The position numbers and the translations under genes were made by a program. Below are positions 12,575 through 25,093 of a stretch of 64,000 bases of DNA, one piece after another. Source of the DNA: Eledone cirrhosa (Eukaryota); contig OZ024750.1 of NCBI GenBank assembly GCA_964016885.1, positions 30,566,001-30,630,000 on the forward strand. Reading direction: 5' to 3'. The notes under the pieces are model-generated. The model did no database searches, was not told the DNA's origin, and worked only from the letters and a program-made list of their open reading frames with translations. How positions within the stretch are numbered: the stretch's first letter is position 1; the number at the start of each line of letters is the position of its first letter.

Positions 12575-12973
12575 CTTAAATGAAAAGAAAGAATGTTAAG
12601 GTTATAAAGTAAATCAATTTGAAATTACATATAAATAATAGCAATATGAAACTAATTTCAGATTACTCTTGAAAGATATTGTAAAGGAACTGTTTAAATT
12701 GGAAGTGAATAGTTGTACCTCTGCTTTTTTTACTGTATTTTTGAGATGAGAAATTATCAACATCATGCACTGATATATTCAGACCAGTGTCATTATTTTG
12801 GTTGTTATAGTTACTCTGTTACAACCCCATGACCATCTTCATCGAAATTATCAATATTTATACACTCATGAAGGCTCACTTAGTTGTTGGTTTATAATAA
12901 AAATATACATTTTAATTAATATGTTCCTACATTTACCCCCTCATTGTAGTTTTATATCTTTCATGACTATATT

Positions 12974-13290
12974 GGAGGTTCATGGCTTAGTGGTTAGAGC
13001 ATTGGCCTTGCAATCGAAAGGTTGTGAGTTCAATTCTCAGACCGGGTGATGTGTTGTTTCCTTGAGCAAGACACTTTATTTCACATTGCTCCAGTTTACT
13101 CAGCTGTAGAAATGAGATGATAGGACTGGGGTCTCTATCATTCCACTGCAACGTGGTCATGGAGGTGCCACGGCAAAAAAAGCACCCACCACTCACTGTA
13201 AATGAGGTTGGTGTTAGGAAGGGCATCCAGCTGTAGAAATCAAGCCAGAATCAGTTCCCATCCCACCCTTGCAAGCAGGTGAAATGATGA
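12974..13290 (+). mobile_element. SINE family A: tRNA-like head, CORE-like domain, RTE-type tail
   Basis: A box tggcttagtgg, B box gagttcaattc; ccttgagcaagacactt..cagtttactcagctgtagaaatg resembles the CORE domain. Confidence 0.85.
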
Positions 13291-13708
13291 TTTCTCATGA
13301 AATGCATTGATTTGATTTCAATAATTTTTCAAAATAATGAAGGATTCTAATAAAATGAAAATATAAACAAATATATACAATTATAAATATAATACAGAAA
13401 AATATATAAACAAAGTGAGAGAAAAAAACCCATCAATTCCACATAAAGTATATCAATCGGTTACATAAAACTCGTATAAGTTTCATAATTGAAATCAAGA
13501 ATTTAGAAGGTTTTAGTAAAATAACATTTTCATTAAATCATTGTTAAGAACATAAAAAGAATGTTCTTACATAAAATTATAACAGAAGGTTTTTACTTTA
13601 GTTAAGTATTGTTTTATTCCAGAACAAGGGGTGATTTCTGGTGGATGGGTATTGGAAGGGTTACATTTATTTTTGTCATTAAAAAACAAAATGAAGTTTT
13701 ATACTTAC

Positions 13709-13851
13709 TGCAGCCAGTTTCATCTGTTCCATCATGGCAATCAAAGAATCCATTACAAACTTGTGTTGAGTTGATACACATATCATCAGAACATTGAAAA
13801 CCATCAGTACAATTACATATCTTACAATCCATTTTGCCACCAGAACAAGTG
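13709..13851 (-). CDS. Exon: end of E module plus LDL-receptor class A repeat
   Basis: ttaacag / gtaagt; 143 nt, phase 2 to 1; TCSGGKMDCKICNCTDGFQCSDDMCINSTQVCNGFFDCHDGTDETGC with the DCxDGxDE motif. Confidence 0.92.
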
Positions 13852-15284
13852 CTGTTAAATTAAATAGAAACAATAAAAATATGATTGTGAAACAGTATAT
13901 TGCAGCTATGGGCTCGAGTGCCATGGGCAGTGCTGTACAAAATGTTTTCCCTTTTCATGGTTTATACATTCATGCCTGATCCTGTAACTCCTGAGGGAGT
14001 TGTAGGGGTGTGGTATTGACATACAACATTTCTAGGGCATTTTAAAACCTGGTGGAGCCCAATCCTTTCCATGTTTGAATACAGCAGATTTCTTCCAGAG
14101 AAGGATACAGGGAGTGAGAGAATGGAATTAAGAAATAGATATAGAAGGAGAATCGACTCCAGTACTGGACTGGTACTATTTTTACTGACCTTGAATAGAT
14201 GAAAGGCAAAGTTGACCTCAGTGAGATTTGAACTGAGAGTGCAGAAAGCCAGAACAAATACCACAAAGCATTCTATCTGACATTCTAATGATTCTGCCAA
14301 TATGCTGCCTTCTCCAGGGTTTACATACCTAACTTAGACTATTTTTCATAGACAAACAATATTGATGTTTCTAATTTTCAAATTAAAAAAAATATTATAT
14401 AAAACCAAAACCTATTTGATCTTGTTCAACATTAAAATATTTCTTATAAAATTCACATTATTTGAATTAATTAATAAGAAATGTGGAAGGATTTACTAAA
14501 GTTATTGATTAGTTTATTAAGTTGGTATTTCTAACATAACAAAAGGTAAAAATATATAATGGAAGGTTATAACTTAACCATTTCATGACAATATTTCTAA
14601 TGAAATACACTATATTTCAACTAATTAATGAAGAATTTTGAGGGATTTACTAAAATTATCAATTATTTCATTGCTAAGATAGTAATTTAATGTCAAGTTC
14701 TTATATAAAATTATCTTGGAAGATTTTAATTTATATTGGAAACCTTTAAAATGGGTGATTTTATTTTATAGAACCAGAGCCGGTTTTGGCCGGGTTGATA
14801 ATTAAAGGGTTTAATTGGAATCCTTTAAAATGGGTAGGCTGGTGTCAAAAGGGTTGAGAGATTCTGTACTCAAAATCTACTTTTTAAATAAATACAGAAT
14901 TTCTCATAAGCACGAATTCTGAAATTCCTGTGGGGCTACCCTAAATACTAGAATGAGGAAAAGAGGTAAGAGAACAGCAGTGAGTGTATTTTGTATTATG
15001 TCTTGGTTAACACTCAGAATAATATCAAAGTTTCTGAGAAAGTTTCCTGCAATATATATATATATATAAATGTTAGTTAGATGTGTAACGGCAGTTACAG
15101 GTGATGTGCCATTCGAAGAACTCAATGCTGTTATGAGGTCCTTTCATTTGGGTTAAGCTCACATATCTGACGAGATGTTGAAAGCGTTGGGTTGCATCAC
15201 CTTGATTGTACCTGATTGATATCGATACAATTGTAATATGGAAATAAAGTTTGTACATATTTTGCAACACTTTCTACAATTCTT

Positions 15285-15338
<54 letters not shown>

Positions 15339-15343
<5 letters not shown>

Positions 15344-15717
15344 CTTAGTGGTTAGAGCATTGGCTTTGCAATTGAAAGGTTGTGAGTTCAATTCTCAGAC
15401 CGGATGATGTGTTGTTTCCTTGAGCAAGACACTTTATTTCACATTGCTCCAGTTTACTCAGCTGTAGAAATGAGATGATAGAGACTGGGGTCCATATCAT
15501 TCCACTGCATAGTGGTCGTGGAGGTGCCACAGCAAAAAGGCACCCAGCCCACACTGTAAAGTGGGTGTGTAGGCGCCATGGAAAAAAAAGCACCAACCAC
15601 TCATTGTAAATGAGGTTGGTGTTAGGAAGGGCATCCAGCTGTAGAAATCAAGCCAGAATCAGTTCCCGTCCCACCCTTGCAAGCAGGGAAAAGTGGATGT
15701 AATATAAAATGATGATG

Positions 15718-15719
<2 letters not shown>
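15339..15719 (+). mobile_element. SINE family A copy with (GAT)n tail
   Basis: Homologous to 12974-13290, with an extra internal repeat also present in the RTE 3' UTR. Confidence 0.85.
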
Positions 15720-15759
<40 letters not shown>

Positions 15760-16680
15760 AAAGAACACAAGAGCGTCTACAACATCAAAAGATTTTTATT
15801 GGCTTACAATGTTTCTTCCTTACGTAACCATAGGATTCGTCAGAGCTATAAAAGGGGTTTGATTGGTGTTATGGACTCTACCAACCAAACATTCAAGAAC
15901 AAAGAGAGTAAAGAGCAAAAGTAGGGGACGATAAGTCTAATTTTGGTGTGGGAGGGTGGAGTGTGGGTCCTTGTTTACTAGCTACGGTCATATTCATTCC
16001 TGGGTGTCGAGTGGTTAGCTGAACCATAGATGGGGTGGCATCGATAGTAGGGTGCAGAGGGTGTGCAGAGGCTACACACACACATATATATATATATATT
16101 TAAAGTGAGTGGAATAATCCACTTGTATTTTGGTAATGTAAAAAAGAGAAATGAAAGCAGGGAGAAAGTTGATAACAAATTGTGTATATTCTTGCTAAAA
16201 TTATTTGCATATGGTTGCTAAGACATAACTGTTGTATCAGAAGAGCTATAGAAAAGGGAAATAACTTAACAAAAGTTGTAGTGTAAAGGTGTAGCTAAGT
16301 ATGTTTATGCACAGAGTGTGCCTTTGAGGGATGGGAGTTTAGAGAAACTTGGGTGGGGAGTTCAACCGGGATGATTTGGAGGTGAAGATTTACTCAAACT
16401 TTAGTCTGTATTGGTTAACCCCTGGGGGTGACTGACTCCTAACATACTTAAGTTGGTGGTGGAATGTGTGGGAGACTAAAAGTGCCAGGAGATGGGGAAA
16501 TTATAGGGGTACTCTGTGAAGCAATGAGCCAACTGGTGCCCAGTCTGGTCAATGTAAAGGGCAAAGCTCAACAAGCATGTTAGGCAGTAGATAAGGTTAG
16601 AGTGTGAAAGGTGTGGCTGTTGGGTCCAGTGGCTGTTGTAGAGTGGATAGGTATGGCAATAGGGCTGGGTTCATGAGCAA
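15760..16680 (-). mobile_element. Penelope-like element remnant: GIY-YIG endonuclease and 3' region with hammerhead
   Basis: HSNLIYCLTCLLSFALYIDQTGHQLAHCFTEY (16510-16605) and terminal LGVSHPQGL resemble PLE NLIYCITC..YIGETG..F.EH and LGTL.P.GLN. Confidence 0.75.
15794..15853 (-). ncRNA. Minimal type-I hammerhead ribozyme motif
   Basis: gct-CTGACGA-a-tcct..agga-a-GAAAC-att-GTA-agc; stem I gct/agc extended by tttat/ataaa. Confidence 0.7.
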
Positions 16681-17088
16681 GTGTATTTTAATATATATTA
16701 ACACACTGACATTTAAATAATCTGTTAGAAAAAGTAATATTAAGAACAAATTACAGAGATTTCTGTCAGGAATATAAATAGAATGACATCGATCGACATG
16801 ATCTCAGACCTCATTTGCTTACTGAGTGGAGTGGAACCCATTAAATCACACTACGAAAACAATGTTTCCATTGGTCTTGCCATTACTGACACAGTCTACT
16901 GGTTGCAACTCCTGGCAGAAAGAGTAACATGCAATAAAGTGTCTTGCTCATGGAAATAACACATCACCTGGTTTGGGAATTGAACTCGCAATCTCACAAT
17001 TGTGAATCCAATTCTCTAACCATTAAGCAACACACCTTTACAATGGGAAGGTGGAATAAAAATAATGTGAACAAAATATAAACCTCAC

Positions 17089-17185
17089 CAGTTTTTACAG
17101 TCATTGAAAATGACGACAGCATCTGAAGGATATATAATCTTTTCATACAAACATGAACAATCTTTTTGTTTAACGCATTTCTCTC
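17089..17185 (-). CDS. Exon: end of TIL plus E module
   Basis: ttttgtag / gtgagg; 97 nt, phase 1 to 2; EKCVKQKDCSCLYEKIIYPSDAVVIFNDCKN. Confidence 0.9.
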
Positions 17186-17568
17186 CTACAAAATATGAAA
17201 AGAATACACAATTATACCAAATCATAGTTTTTTTTAGCTGTTTAATTATTGGGTAACATTTATAAAGGTCAGCTGAAAGTTCATGGGCTGACTATGAAGG
17301 AGTGATGCTAGAGCTGTGAAATTTTGCATGCATTAATTTCAACTCTTTTTATTAATAACTGCATTGTTTCTTTCCAGGAACTATGTTGAAAAATAAACCT
17401 CATTTGGTCATTCCATGAGAGTATCTTAGTCAGCTTATGAACTTTTCAGCTGATCCTGATATAATAATCATATAATTTAATCAGTGTCTGGAATAATGAG
17501 TATATACTCACTTTATTCATAGAAATAACATGTATGTAAAACTTAGACATAGAACACTTCAAAATATA

Positions 17569-18082
17569 TCATCATCATCATCATCATCAACGTTTAACGT
17601 CCGTGTTCCACGCTTGCATGGGTTTGGACGGGGGTAGTCCCACTTGAGGCAAGAGTGATTGTCTTGCTCGCATAGGACTGTCTGGCAGGTTTTCTACAGT
17701 TGGATGCCCTTCCTAACACCAACCACATTTACAGTGTGGGTCTGGGAGGTTTTTACCGTGTTGCCTACACGGCCACATTACAGCGTGGACTGTGTGTTTT
17801 TTTGTCGTGACACCTACACGATCTCATTTGTTTCGGCCTCGATGGCGAGGCACCAACATAACTTTACATAGAACGGGGTGGTGTGGATCGGGTGGGGGTG
17901 GGGGTGGTGGGACGGGGTGTATTTTGTTAGAGATGCCTACTGGCTGGAGTAGGTTTTACTATATATTTAGGTAAGGCGGGTCTTCTCTGTTACTGAGTAC
18001 CGCCAAAGGTCTCGGTCCAGTGACATTGTCTTGGAGAGGTGTAAGTGTGTGATGTCGGAGTTTATCAGCTCGTCCCAGGTTT

Positions 18083-18087
<5 letters not shown>
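17569..18087 (-). mobile_element. 3' end of the same RTE subfamily as 19768-21297, with complete UTR and (GAT)n tail
   Basis: 17738-18087 is the near-exact reverse complement of 20948-21297. Confidence 0.9.
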
Positions 18088-18131
<44 letters not shown>

Positions 18132-18257
18132 GAAAAAGTTCTATTTAAATTGTTGGGATACAACAAGCAAATATTTTTATAACTGATATAAAGCACTCAA
18201 CAAGTATTTGGAGTAAACATACGATATTAACAAATGGAAACTATATTTAAAAAACCA

Positions 18258-18812
<555 letters not shown>

Positions 18813-18818
18813 AATATA

Positions 18819-18938
<120 letters not shown>

Positions 18939-19043
18939 CTGAGTAGCCCAATTTGCATATCGAGTGGATTAACGATTAACCCACTCGATATGCAAATTGG
19001 GCTACTCAGCCGTTAATATGCATAAGGTAATATAAGTATATAC

Positions 19044-19130
19044 GTTCAACAATCTGGCAGGAAGGTATACGTTGCTGACGATAGCTAATAAGCTTGAAAC
19101 TAGTACAGCGTTCCTTTGTCAGTGTTGAAC
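19044..19130 (+). ncRNA. Minimal type-I hammerhead ribozyme motif
   Basis: acgttg-CTGACGA-t-agct-aata-agct-t-GAAAC-ta-GTA-cagcgt; stem I extends via aagg/cctt and gttcaaca/tgttgaac. Confidence 0.75.
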
Positions 19131-19312
19131 AAACGAGCAACGATGGTTGCTAGACACTACGGCTTAATACGGGATGTTTGTTTACAAACACACCGAGCAT
19201 TATAATAAATGTTCGGTGAATCCATACGTACATATATATATGTGTGCATGTATGTATATATATATACATACTACTGTACGTCTGTATACATATATGTATG
19301 TACGTGTACATA

Positions 19313-19368
<56 letters not shown>

Positions 19369-19373
<5 letters not shown>

Positions 19374-19623
19374 TGTTTCCTTGAGCAAGACACTTTATTT
19401 CACATTGCTCCAGTTTACTCAGCTGTAGAAATAAGATGATAGGGACTGGTGTCCCTATCATTCCACTGCAAAGTGGTCGTGGAGGTGCCACGGCAAAAAA
19501 GCACCCAGCACTCACTGTAAATGAGGTTGGTGTTAGGAAGGGCATCCAGCTGTAGAAATCAAGCCAGCATCAGTTCCCGTCCCACCCTTGCAAGCAGGGA
19601 AAAGTGGACGTAAAATGAAATGA

Positions 19624-19627
<4 letters not shown>
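19369..19627 (+). mobile_element. SINE family A copy lacking the tRNA head (a 3' piece also lies at 53370-53505, minus)
   Basis: Starts at the CORE-like domain and ends ggacgtaaaatgaaatgatgat. Confidence 0.85.
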
Positions 19628-19669
<42 letters not shown>

Positions 19670-19767
19670 ATATATATATATATATGATGATATATATATA
19701 TATGATGATATATATATATATATGATGATATATATATATATATATATGATGATATATATATATATAT

Positions 19768-21297
19768 ATGACGCTCTTTTCATTGTACGACAACTACAGG
19801 AGAAGTACCTAGCTAAAGGTAAACCCCTCTACTTAGCTTTTGTCGACTTGGAGAAAGCCTTCGACAGAGTCCCCTGCTCCATTATCTGGTGGGCTCTTAG
19901 AAAACTAGGCGTTGACGAATGGCTTGTGAGAGCTATACAAGCCATGTATAAAGAAACAGTCAGCAAGGTTAGAATTAACAACGAATATAGTGAAGAGTTT
20001 AGCGTAAAAGTTGGCGTCCATCAGGGCTCTGTTCTCAGCCCCCTACTATTTATTATTGCCCTTCAGGCTATAACAGAGGAGTTCAAGACCGGCTGCCAAT
20101 GGGAACTCCTATACGCAGACGACCTGACACTCATAGCGGAATCAATGGCCGAGCTAGAGAAGAAATTCCAAACATGGAAGCACGGCCTAGAATCAAAAGG
20201 CCTTAAAATTAACCTGGCTAAGACTAAAGTTCTAGTTGGTAGGAAAGAAAATAAGGTGGCGGTCCCTTCTGGGAAATGGTCGTGCTCGGTGTGTAGGAAA
20301 GGCGTAGGTAGAAACTCCATTTTATGTCCTAAATGCAAAGTATGGGTGCATAAAAGATGTAGTGGGATCACAGGTAAGCTAACTAAGAACATAGATTTTA
20401 CATGTGGCCGGTGCTCTGGTGCAATAAGTAGCAGCAAGTGCCCACAAAATACTAGCTCTTTCAATTGCGCAGAGGGTTCTATAGAAATAGTGGACAGTTT
20501 CCGTTACCTGGGTGATAAAATCAGCAGTGGGGGAGGGTGCTCTGAAAGTACAGTAGCTAGAGTCAGAACTGGTTGGAAAAAGTTCAGAGAGCTTATACCA
20601 CTATTAGCTGCTAAAGGGTTCTCCCTAAAAATGAAAGGCAGGTTGTACGATGCCTGCATACGAACAGCAATGCTGCATGGCAGTGAGACCTGGGCATTGT
20701 GTGCAGAGGATATACGCAGACTAGAGAGGAACGAAGTTTGCATGCTCCGCTGGATGTGTAACAGTAATATACGTGAACGGCAAAGCATAAACGAACTAAG
20801 GAAAAAATTAGAAATAAGAGGGATCAGATGTTGTTTACTCGAGAGAAGGCTACGTTGGTATGGACACGTGATGCGCATGAAAGTCGATAGCTGTATAACA
20901 AAGTGCAGGGCAATAAAGATAGGCGGTAGCCACGGAATAGGCAGACCTAGAAAAACGTGGGACGAGCTGATAAACTCCGACCTCACACACTTACACCTCT
21001 CCAAGACAATGTCACTGGACCGAGACCTTTGGCGGTACTCAGTAACAGAGAAGACCCGCCTTACCTAAATACATAGTAAAACCTACTACAGCCAGTAGGC
21101 ATCTAACAAAATACCCCCCCCCCCCCCCGTCCCACCACCCCCAACCCATCCACGCCACCCCGTTCTATGTAAAGTTGTGTTGGTGCCACACCATCCAGGC
21201 CGAAACAAATGAGATCGTGTAGGTGTCACGACAAAAAAACACACAGTCCACGCTGTAATGTGGCCGTGTAAGCAACATGGTAAAAACCTCCCAGACC
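19768..21297 (+). mobile_element. 5'-truncated RTE of a sister subfamily; RT-PHD frame open to 21068, 3' UTR interrupted at 21297
   Basis: [19 protein letters not shown]4HC3..RLRWYGH; UTR matches the reverse complement of 17738-17965. Confidence 0.92.
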
Positions 21298-24200
21298 ATT
21301 ACCCCACCACCACTGTCCTTCTAGCCCTCAATTTTCCCACCGTTATGGATGGATGAGCTGGGAATACACGAGCAACTCTGAATCAATAGATGAAATATGA
21401 ATCGGCGAGCTACCAAGCACCCACGTGAAGCGCCAACCCAGAGACCCTCCCCTACGAGTGTCGACAAATGCCCAAAACTCCGAGTTGGTACCATCAATGT
21501 AGGCTCAATGAAAGGAAGAGCAGGAGAAATCGTAGAAATGCTAGAGCGAAAGGAAGTTGATGTATGCTGTGTGCAAGAGACTAGATGGAGAGGAGGGTCT
21601 GCTAGAGTCCTTGTAGGAAAAAGCCAGTGCTACAAATTTTTCTGGGTGGGAAATGACGATGGGATGGGTGGTGTAGGTATACTATTAGCTGACAAGTGGG
21701 TAGATAAAGTAATCTCAGTGTACAGGGTAAATGCAAGAATCATTAAACTCAGACTAGTCCTGAATAAGACAATTACCACAATAATATCAGCTTACGCACC
21801 CCAATCGGGGCTGCCAGACGAACTTAAGGATAGGTTTTACGAGTCCCTAATACACACTACTGCTCTAACAGACGACAAGGACTTCCTAATCATTGCAGGA
21901 GATTTTAACGGACACGTAGGTAAACACTGCGACGGCTTCAATAGAGTACATGGAGGCCATGGAGTTGGCACAAGGAATGAGGAAGGATTCAGACTTCTAG
22001 AATTCTGCGACGCCAATGACATGTCGATATGTAACACAAACTTTAAAAAACCCGACAACCACCTGATCACCTATAGATCAGGGGAGCACTCTAGTCAGTT
22101 AGATTTTATCCTCATCAGAGGACGTGACAGATGGACGGTCGTAAACACAAAAGCCTTCCCTAGTGAGGAATGTACATCCCAACATAGCTTAGTTGTCAGC
22201 GACCTCACGGTCAGAACTAGACGAGCCCTGAAACAGAGGCCAACCTGGAGAAGAAAGATCTGGAAGCTGAAAGTCCCCTCAACCAGTAACAGATTTAAAG
22301 ATATTTTACTCAACGCCTACGACAGTAAAGAAGAACAGATAGAGACATTTAACGTAGAAGAGAACTGGGAGTTCCTAAAAAATAACTTACTAGAGGCGAC
22401 GGATGAGGTTTGTGGCTGGAGTAAGACCTCAAGCAGGAGGAGAGTGACTTGGTGGTGGAACAATAAGGTAGATGAAGCAGTCAAGGCCAAGAGACAGGCA
22501 TGGAAAGAATGGAAGAACGGGGGGAGCAGGGTACATTACATAGAGACCAAGAGGGAAGCTAGGCGACAAGTATACTTAGCTAGGAGGGAAGCAGAGGATA
22601 GAAAATTCAAGCATGTTTTACAACGTGAGGACCAGAAACAGGAGGTATTCAAGATTGCGAGGCAGTGTGTCAGAGATAGTTGTGATGTCATTGGAGAGAA
22701 GTGTATCCGGAATGATAAAGGTGAGCTTGCCCTCACAAGTGCTGAGAAGAAAGATGCATGGAAGAGTCATTATGATAGATTACTAAATGAGGAGAATGCA
22801 TGGGAAGAAGAGACCCTACCCCACGTAGACCCTATAGAGGGACCAGCAGTACAAGTCAGCGGCAGCGTAGTAAGTAAGGCAATCAGAGATATGAAGATAG
22901 GGAAGGCAACCGGTCCATCGGGTATAGCTGCCGAGATGCTGAAGGCATCTGGGTCTGTAGGTCACACTATAACCACACGTATCGTTAACCAGGTAATACT
23001 AGAGGGGGCCATACCAAAAGATTGGTGCAGTAGCATCATTGTCAACTGCTACAAAGGTAAAGGCGATGCACTAGATAGAGGAAACTATAGAGGTATAAAG
23101 TTGATGGACCAGGTCATGAAAGTAACAGAAAGAGTTATAGCACAGCTGATTAGGGACCGGGTGAATATAGACGAGATGCAATTTGGGTTTGTTCCAGGGA
23201 AAGGCACCACTGATGCGCTCTTCCTTGTGAGGCAATTACAGGAAAAGTACCTAGCTAAAAGTAAGCCACTCTACTTGGCATTTGTCGACCTTGAGAAAGC
23301 CTTTGACAGAGTTCCACGTGCAGTAATCTGGTGGGCTCTTAGAAAACTAGGAGTAGATGAATGGCTTGTGAAAGCGGTACAAGCCATGTATAGGGGAGCA
23401 GTCAGCAAAGTTAGGATTGGCAATGAGTATAGCGAGGAATTTAGCGTACAGGTTGGGGTCCACCAGGGCTCTGTTCTTAGCCCTCTCCTGTTCATCATAG
23501 TCCTGCAGGCAATAACGGAGGAGTTTAAGACCGGATGCCCATGGGAACTCCTGTATGCTGATGACCTCGCACTCATAGCTGAATCTATGGTAGAACTAGA
23601 GAATAAATTCCAAACCTGGAAGCAGGGACTAGAGAGAAAGGGCCTCAAAGTCAACATGACAAAGACTAAGGTCCTTATAAGTAGACGAGAAAACAGAACC
23701 CAGATCCCCTCAGGGAAATGGCCTTGCTCAGTATGTAGGAAAGGTGTAGGTAGGAACTCCATTCTTTGCCCCAAATGCAAACAATGGGTACACAAGAGAT
23801 GTAGCGGGATCTCAGGAAGCTTAATTAAGAATGTAGGATTCACATGCAGCAGCTGTGCTGAAACAGCAAGCAAACAGCCACAGGAAACAAGTACCACCAA
23901 TCTCTGGGAGGGCCCTGTAGAAACAGTAGACAGCTTCTGCTACCTAGGTGACCGAATTAGCAACGGAGGTGGGTGCTCAGAAAGTACAATAACTAGGGTA
24001 AGAACGGGATGGAAGAAGTTTAGGGAACTACTACCACTGCTAGCTGCAAAAGGCTTCTCCCTCAGAATGAAAGGCAGACTGTATGATGCGTGTATCCGAA
24101 CAGCGATGTTGCATGGTAGTGAGACCTGGGCGCTGAAGGTGGAAGACTTACGTAGATTAGAGAGAAACGAAGCCTGCATGCTCCGATGGATGTGTAACAG

Positions 24201-24826
24201 TAATATACGTGAACGACAAAGCATAAATGAATTGAGAGAGAGACTGAGCATAAGAGGAATCAAATGCTGCGTGCAGGAGAGGCGGTTACGCTGGTATGGA
24301 CATGTGATGCGTATGAAGGATGACAGCTGCATAAAAAGGTGCAGAGCACTAGAAGTTGATGGAAACCGCGGAGTGGGGAGACCCAAGATGACTTGGGATG
24401 AGGTGATAAAAGCCGACCTTACCCAACTACACCTCTCAAAGTCAATGACACACGACCGTGACTTCTGGCGTCACGCAGTAATACAGGGTACCCGACCTCC
24501 CATGGGTACATGCTGAAGCATATAAACAATATGCCCCCCCCCCCCCCCCCCCCACCGCAAGGTGGTCGTGGAGGCGCCACGGCAAAAAAGCACCCAGCCC
24601 ACACTGTAAAGTGGACGTGTAGGCGCCACGAAAGAGCACCCAGCACTCACTGTAAATGAGGTTGGTGTTAGGAAGGGCATCCAGCTGTAGAAATCAAGCC
24701 AGATCAGTTCCTGTATGAGCAAGGCATGGTCAGCCGACCAGACACTGCCCACAACAGGACAACCCGTCTAACCCATGCTAGCGTGGAAGAACGGACGTAA
24801 AACGGTGATGATGATGATGATGATGA
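21298..24826 (+). mobile_element. Apparently full-length RTE-clade non-LTR retrotransposon
   Basis: Short 5' leader, single intact ORF, 3' UTR ending in (GAT)n. 5' boundary inferred from where the preceding element breaks off; no TSD identified. Confidence 0.92.
21397..24516 (+). CDS. RTE ORF, 1039 aa: AP endonuclease plus reverse transcriptase with internal PHD-type zinc finger
   Basis: APE motifs GTINV, VQETRW, AYAPQ, GDFNGH, LDFIL; RT motifs QFGF, FVDLEKAFD, GVHQGSVLSP, YADD, YLG; C4HC3 at 23724-23856. Confidence 0.95.
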   Translation: MNRRATKHPREAPTQRPSPTSVDKCPKLRVGTINVGSMKGRAGEIVEMLERKEVDVCCVQETRWRGGSARVLVGKSQCYKFFWVGNDDGMGGVGILLADKWVDKVISVYRVNARIIKLRLVLNKTITTIISAYAPQSGLPDELKDRFYESLIHTTALTDDKDFLIIAGDFNGHVGKHCDGFNRVHGGHGVGTRNEEGFRLLEFCDANDMSICNTNFKKPDNHLITYRSGEHSSQLDFILIRGRDRWTVVNTKAFPSEECTSQHSLVVSDLTVRTRRALKQRPTWRRKIWKLKVPSTSNRFKDILLNAYDSKEEQIETFNVEENWEFLKNNLLEATDEVCGWSKTSSRRRVTWWWNNKVDEAVKAKRQAWKEWKNGGSRVHYIETKREARRQVYLARREAEDRKFKHVLQREDQKQEVFKIARQCVRDSCDVIGEKCIRNDKGELALTSAEKKDAWKSHYDRLLNEENAWEEETLPHVDPIEGPAVQVSGSVVSKAIRDMKIGKATGPSGIAAEMLKASGSVGHTITTRIVNQVILEGAIPKDWCSSIIVNCYKGKGDALDRGNYRGIKLMDQVMKVTERVIAQLIRDRVNIDEMQFGFVPGKGTTDALFLVRQLQEKYLAKSKPLYLAFVDLEKAFDRVPRAVIWWALRKLGVDEWLVKAVQAMYRGAVSKVRIGNEYSEEFSVQVGVHQGSVLSPLLFIIVLQAITEEFKTGCPWELLYADDLALIAESMVELENKFQTWKQGLERKGLKVNMTKTKVLISRRENRTQIPSGKWPCSVCRKGVGRNSILCPKCKQWVHKRCSGISGSLIKNVGFTCSSCAETASKQPQETSTTNLWEGPVETVDSFCYLGDRISNGGGCSESTITRVRTGWKKFRELLPLLAAKGFSLRMKGRLYDACIRTAMLHGSETWALKVEDLRRLERNEACMLRWMCNSNIRERQSINELRERLSIRGIKCCVQERRLRWYGHVMRMKDDSCIKRCRALEVDGNRGVGRPKMTWDEVIKADLTQLHLSKSMTHDRDFWRHAVIQGTRPPMGTC

Positions 24827-25025
24827 TATATATATATATATGATGATATATATATATATCATCATATATATATATATATCATCATATATATCATCATATA
24901 TATATATATATATCATCATATATATATATATCATCATATATATATATATATCATCATATATATATATATATATAATGATATATATATATGATAATATATA
25001 TATATATATATGATGATATATATGA

Positions 25026-25093
<68 letters not shown>

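Noticed and set aside
12974-13050. tRNA gene
   Set aside because: The tRNA-like part continues into a SINE body and recurs in diverged copies.
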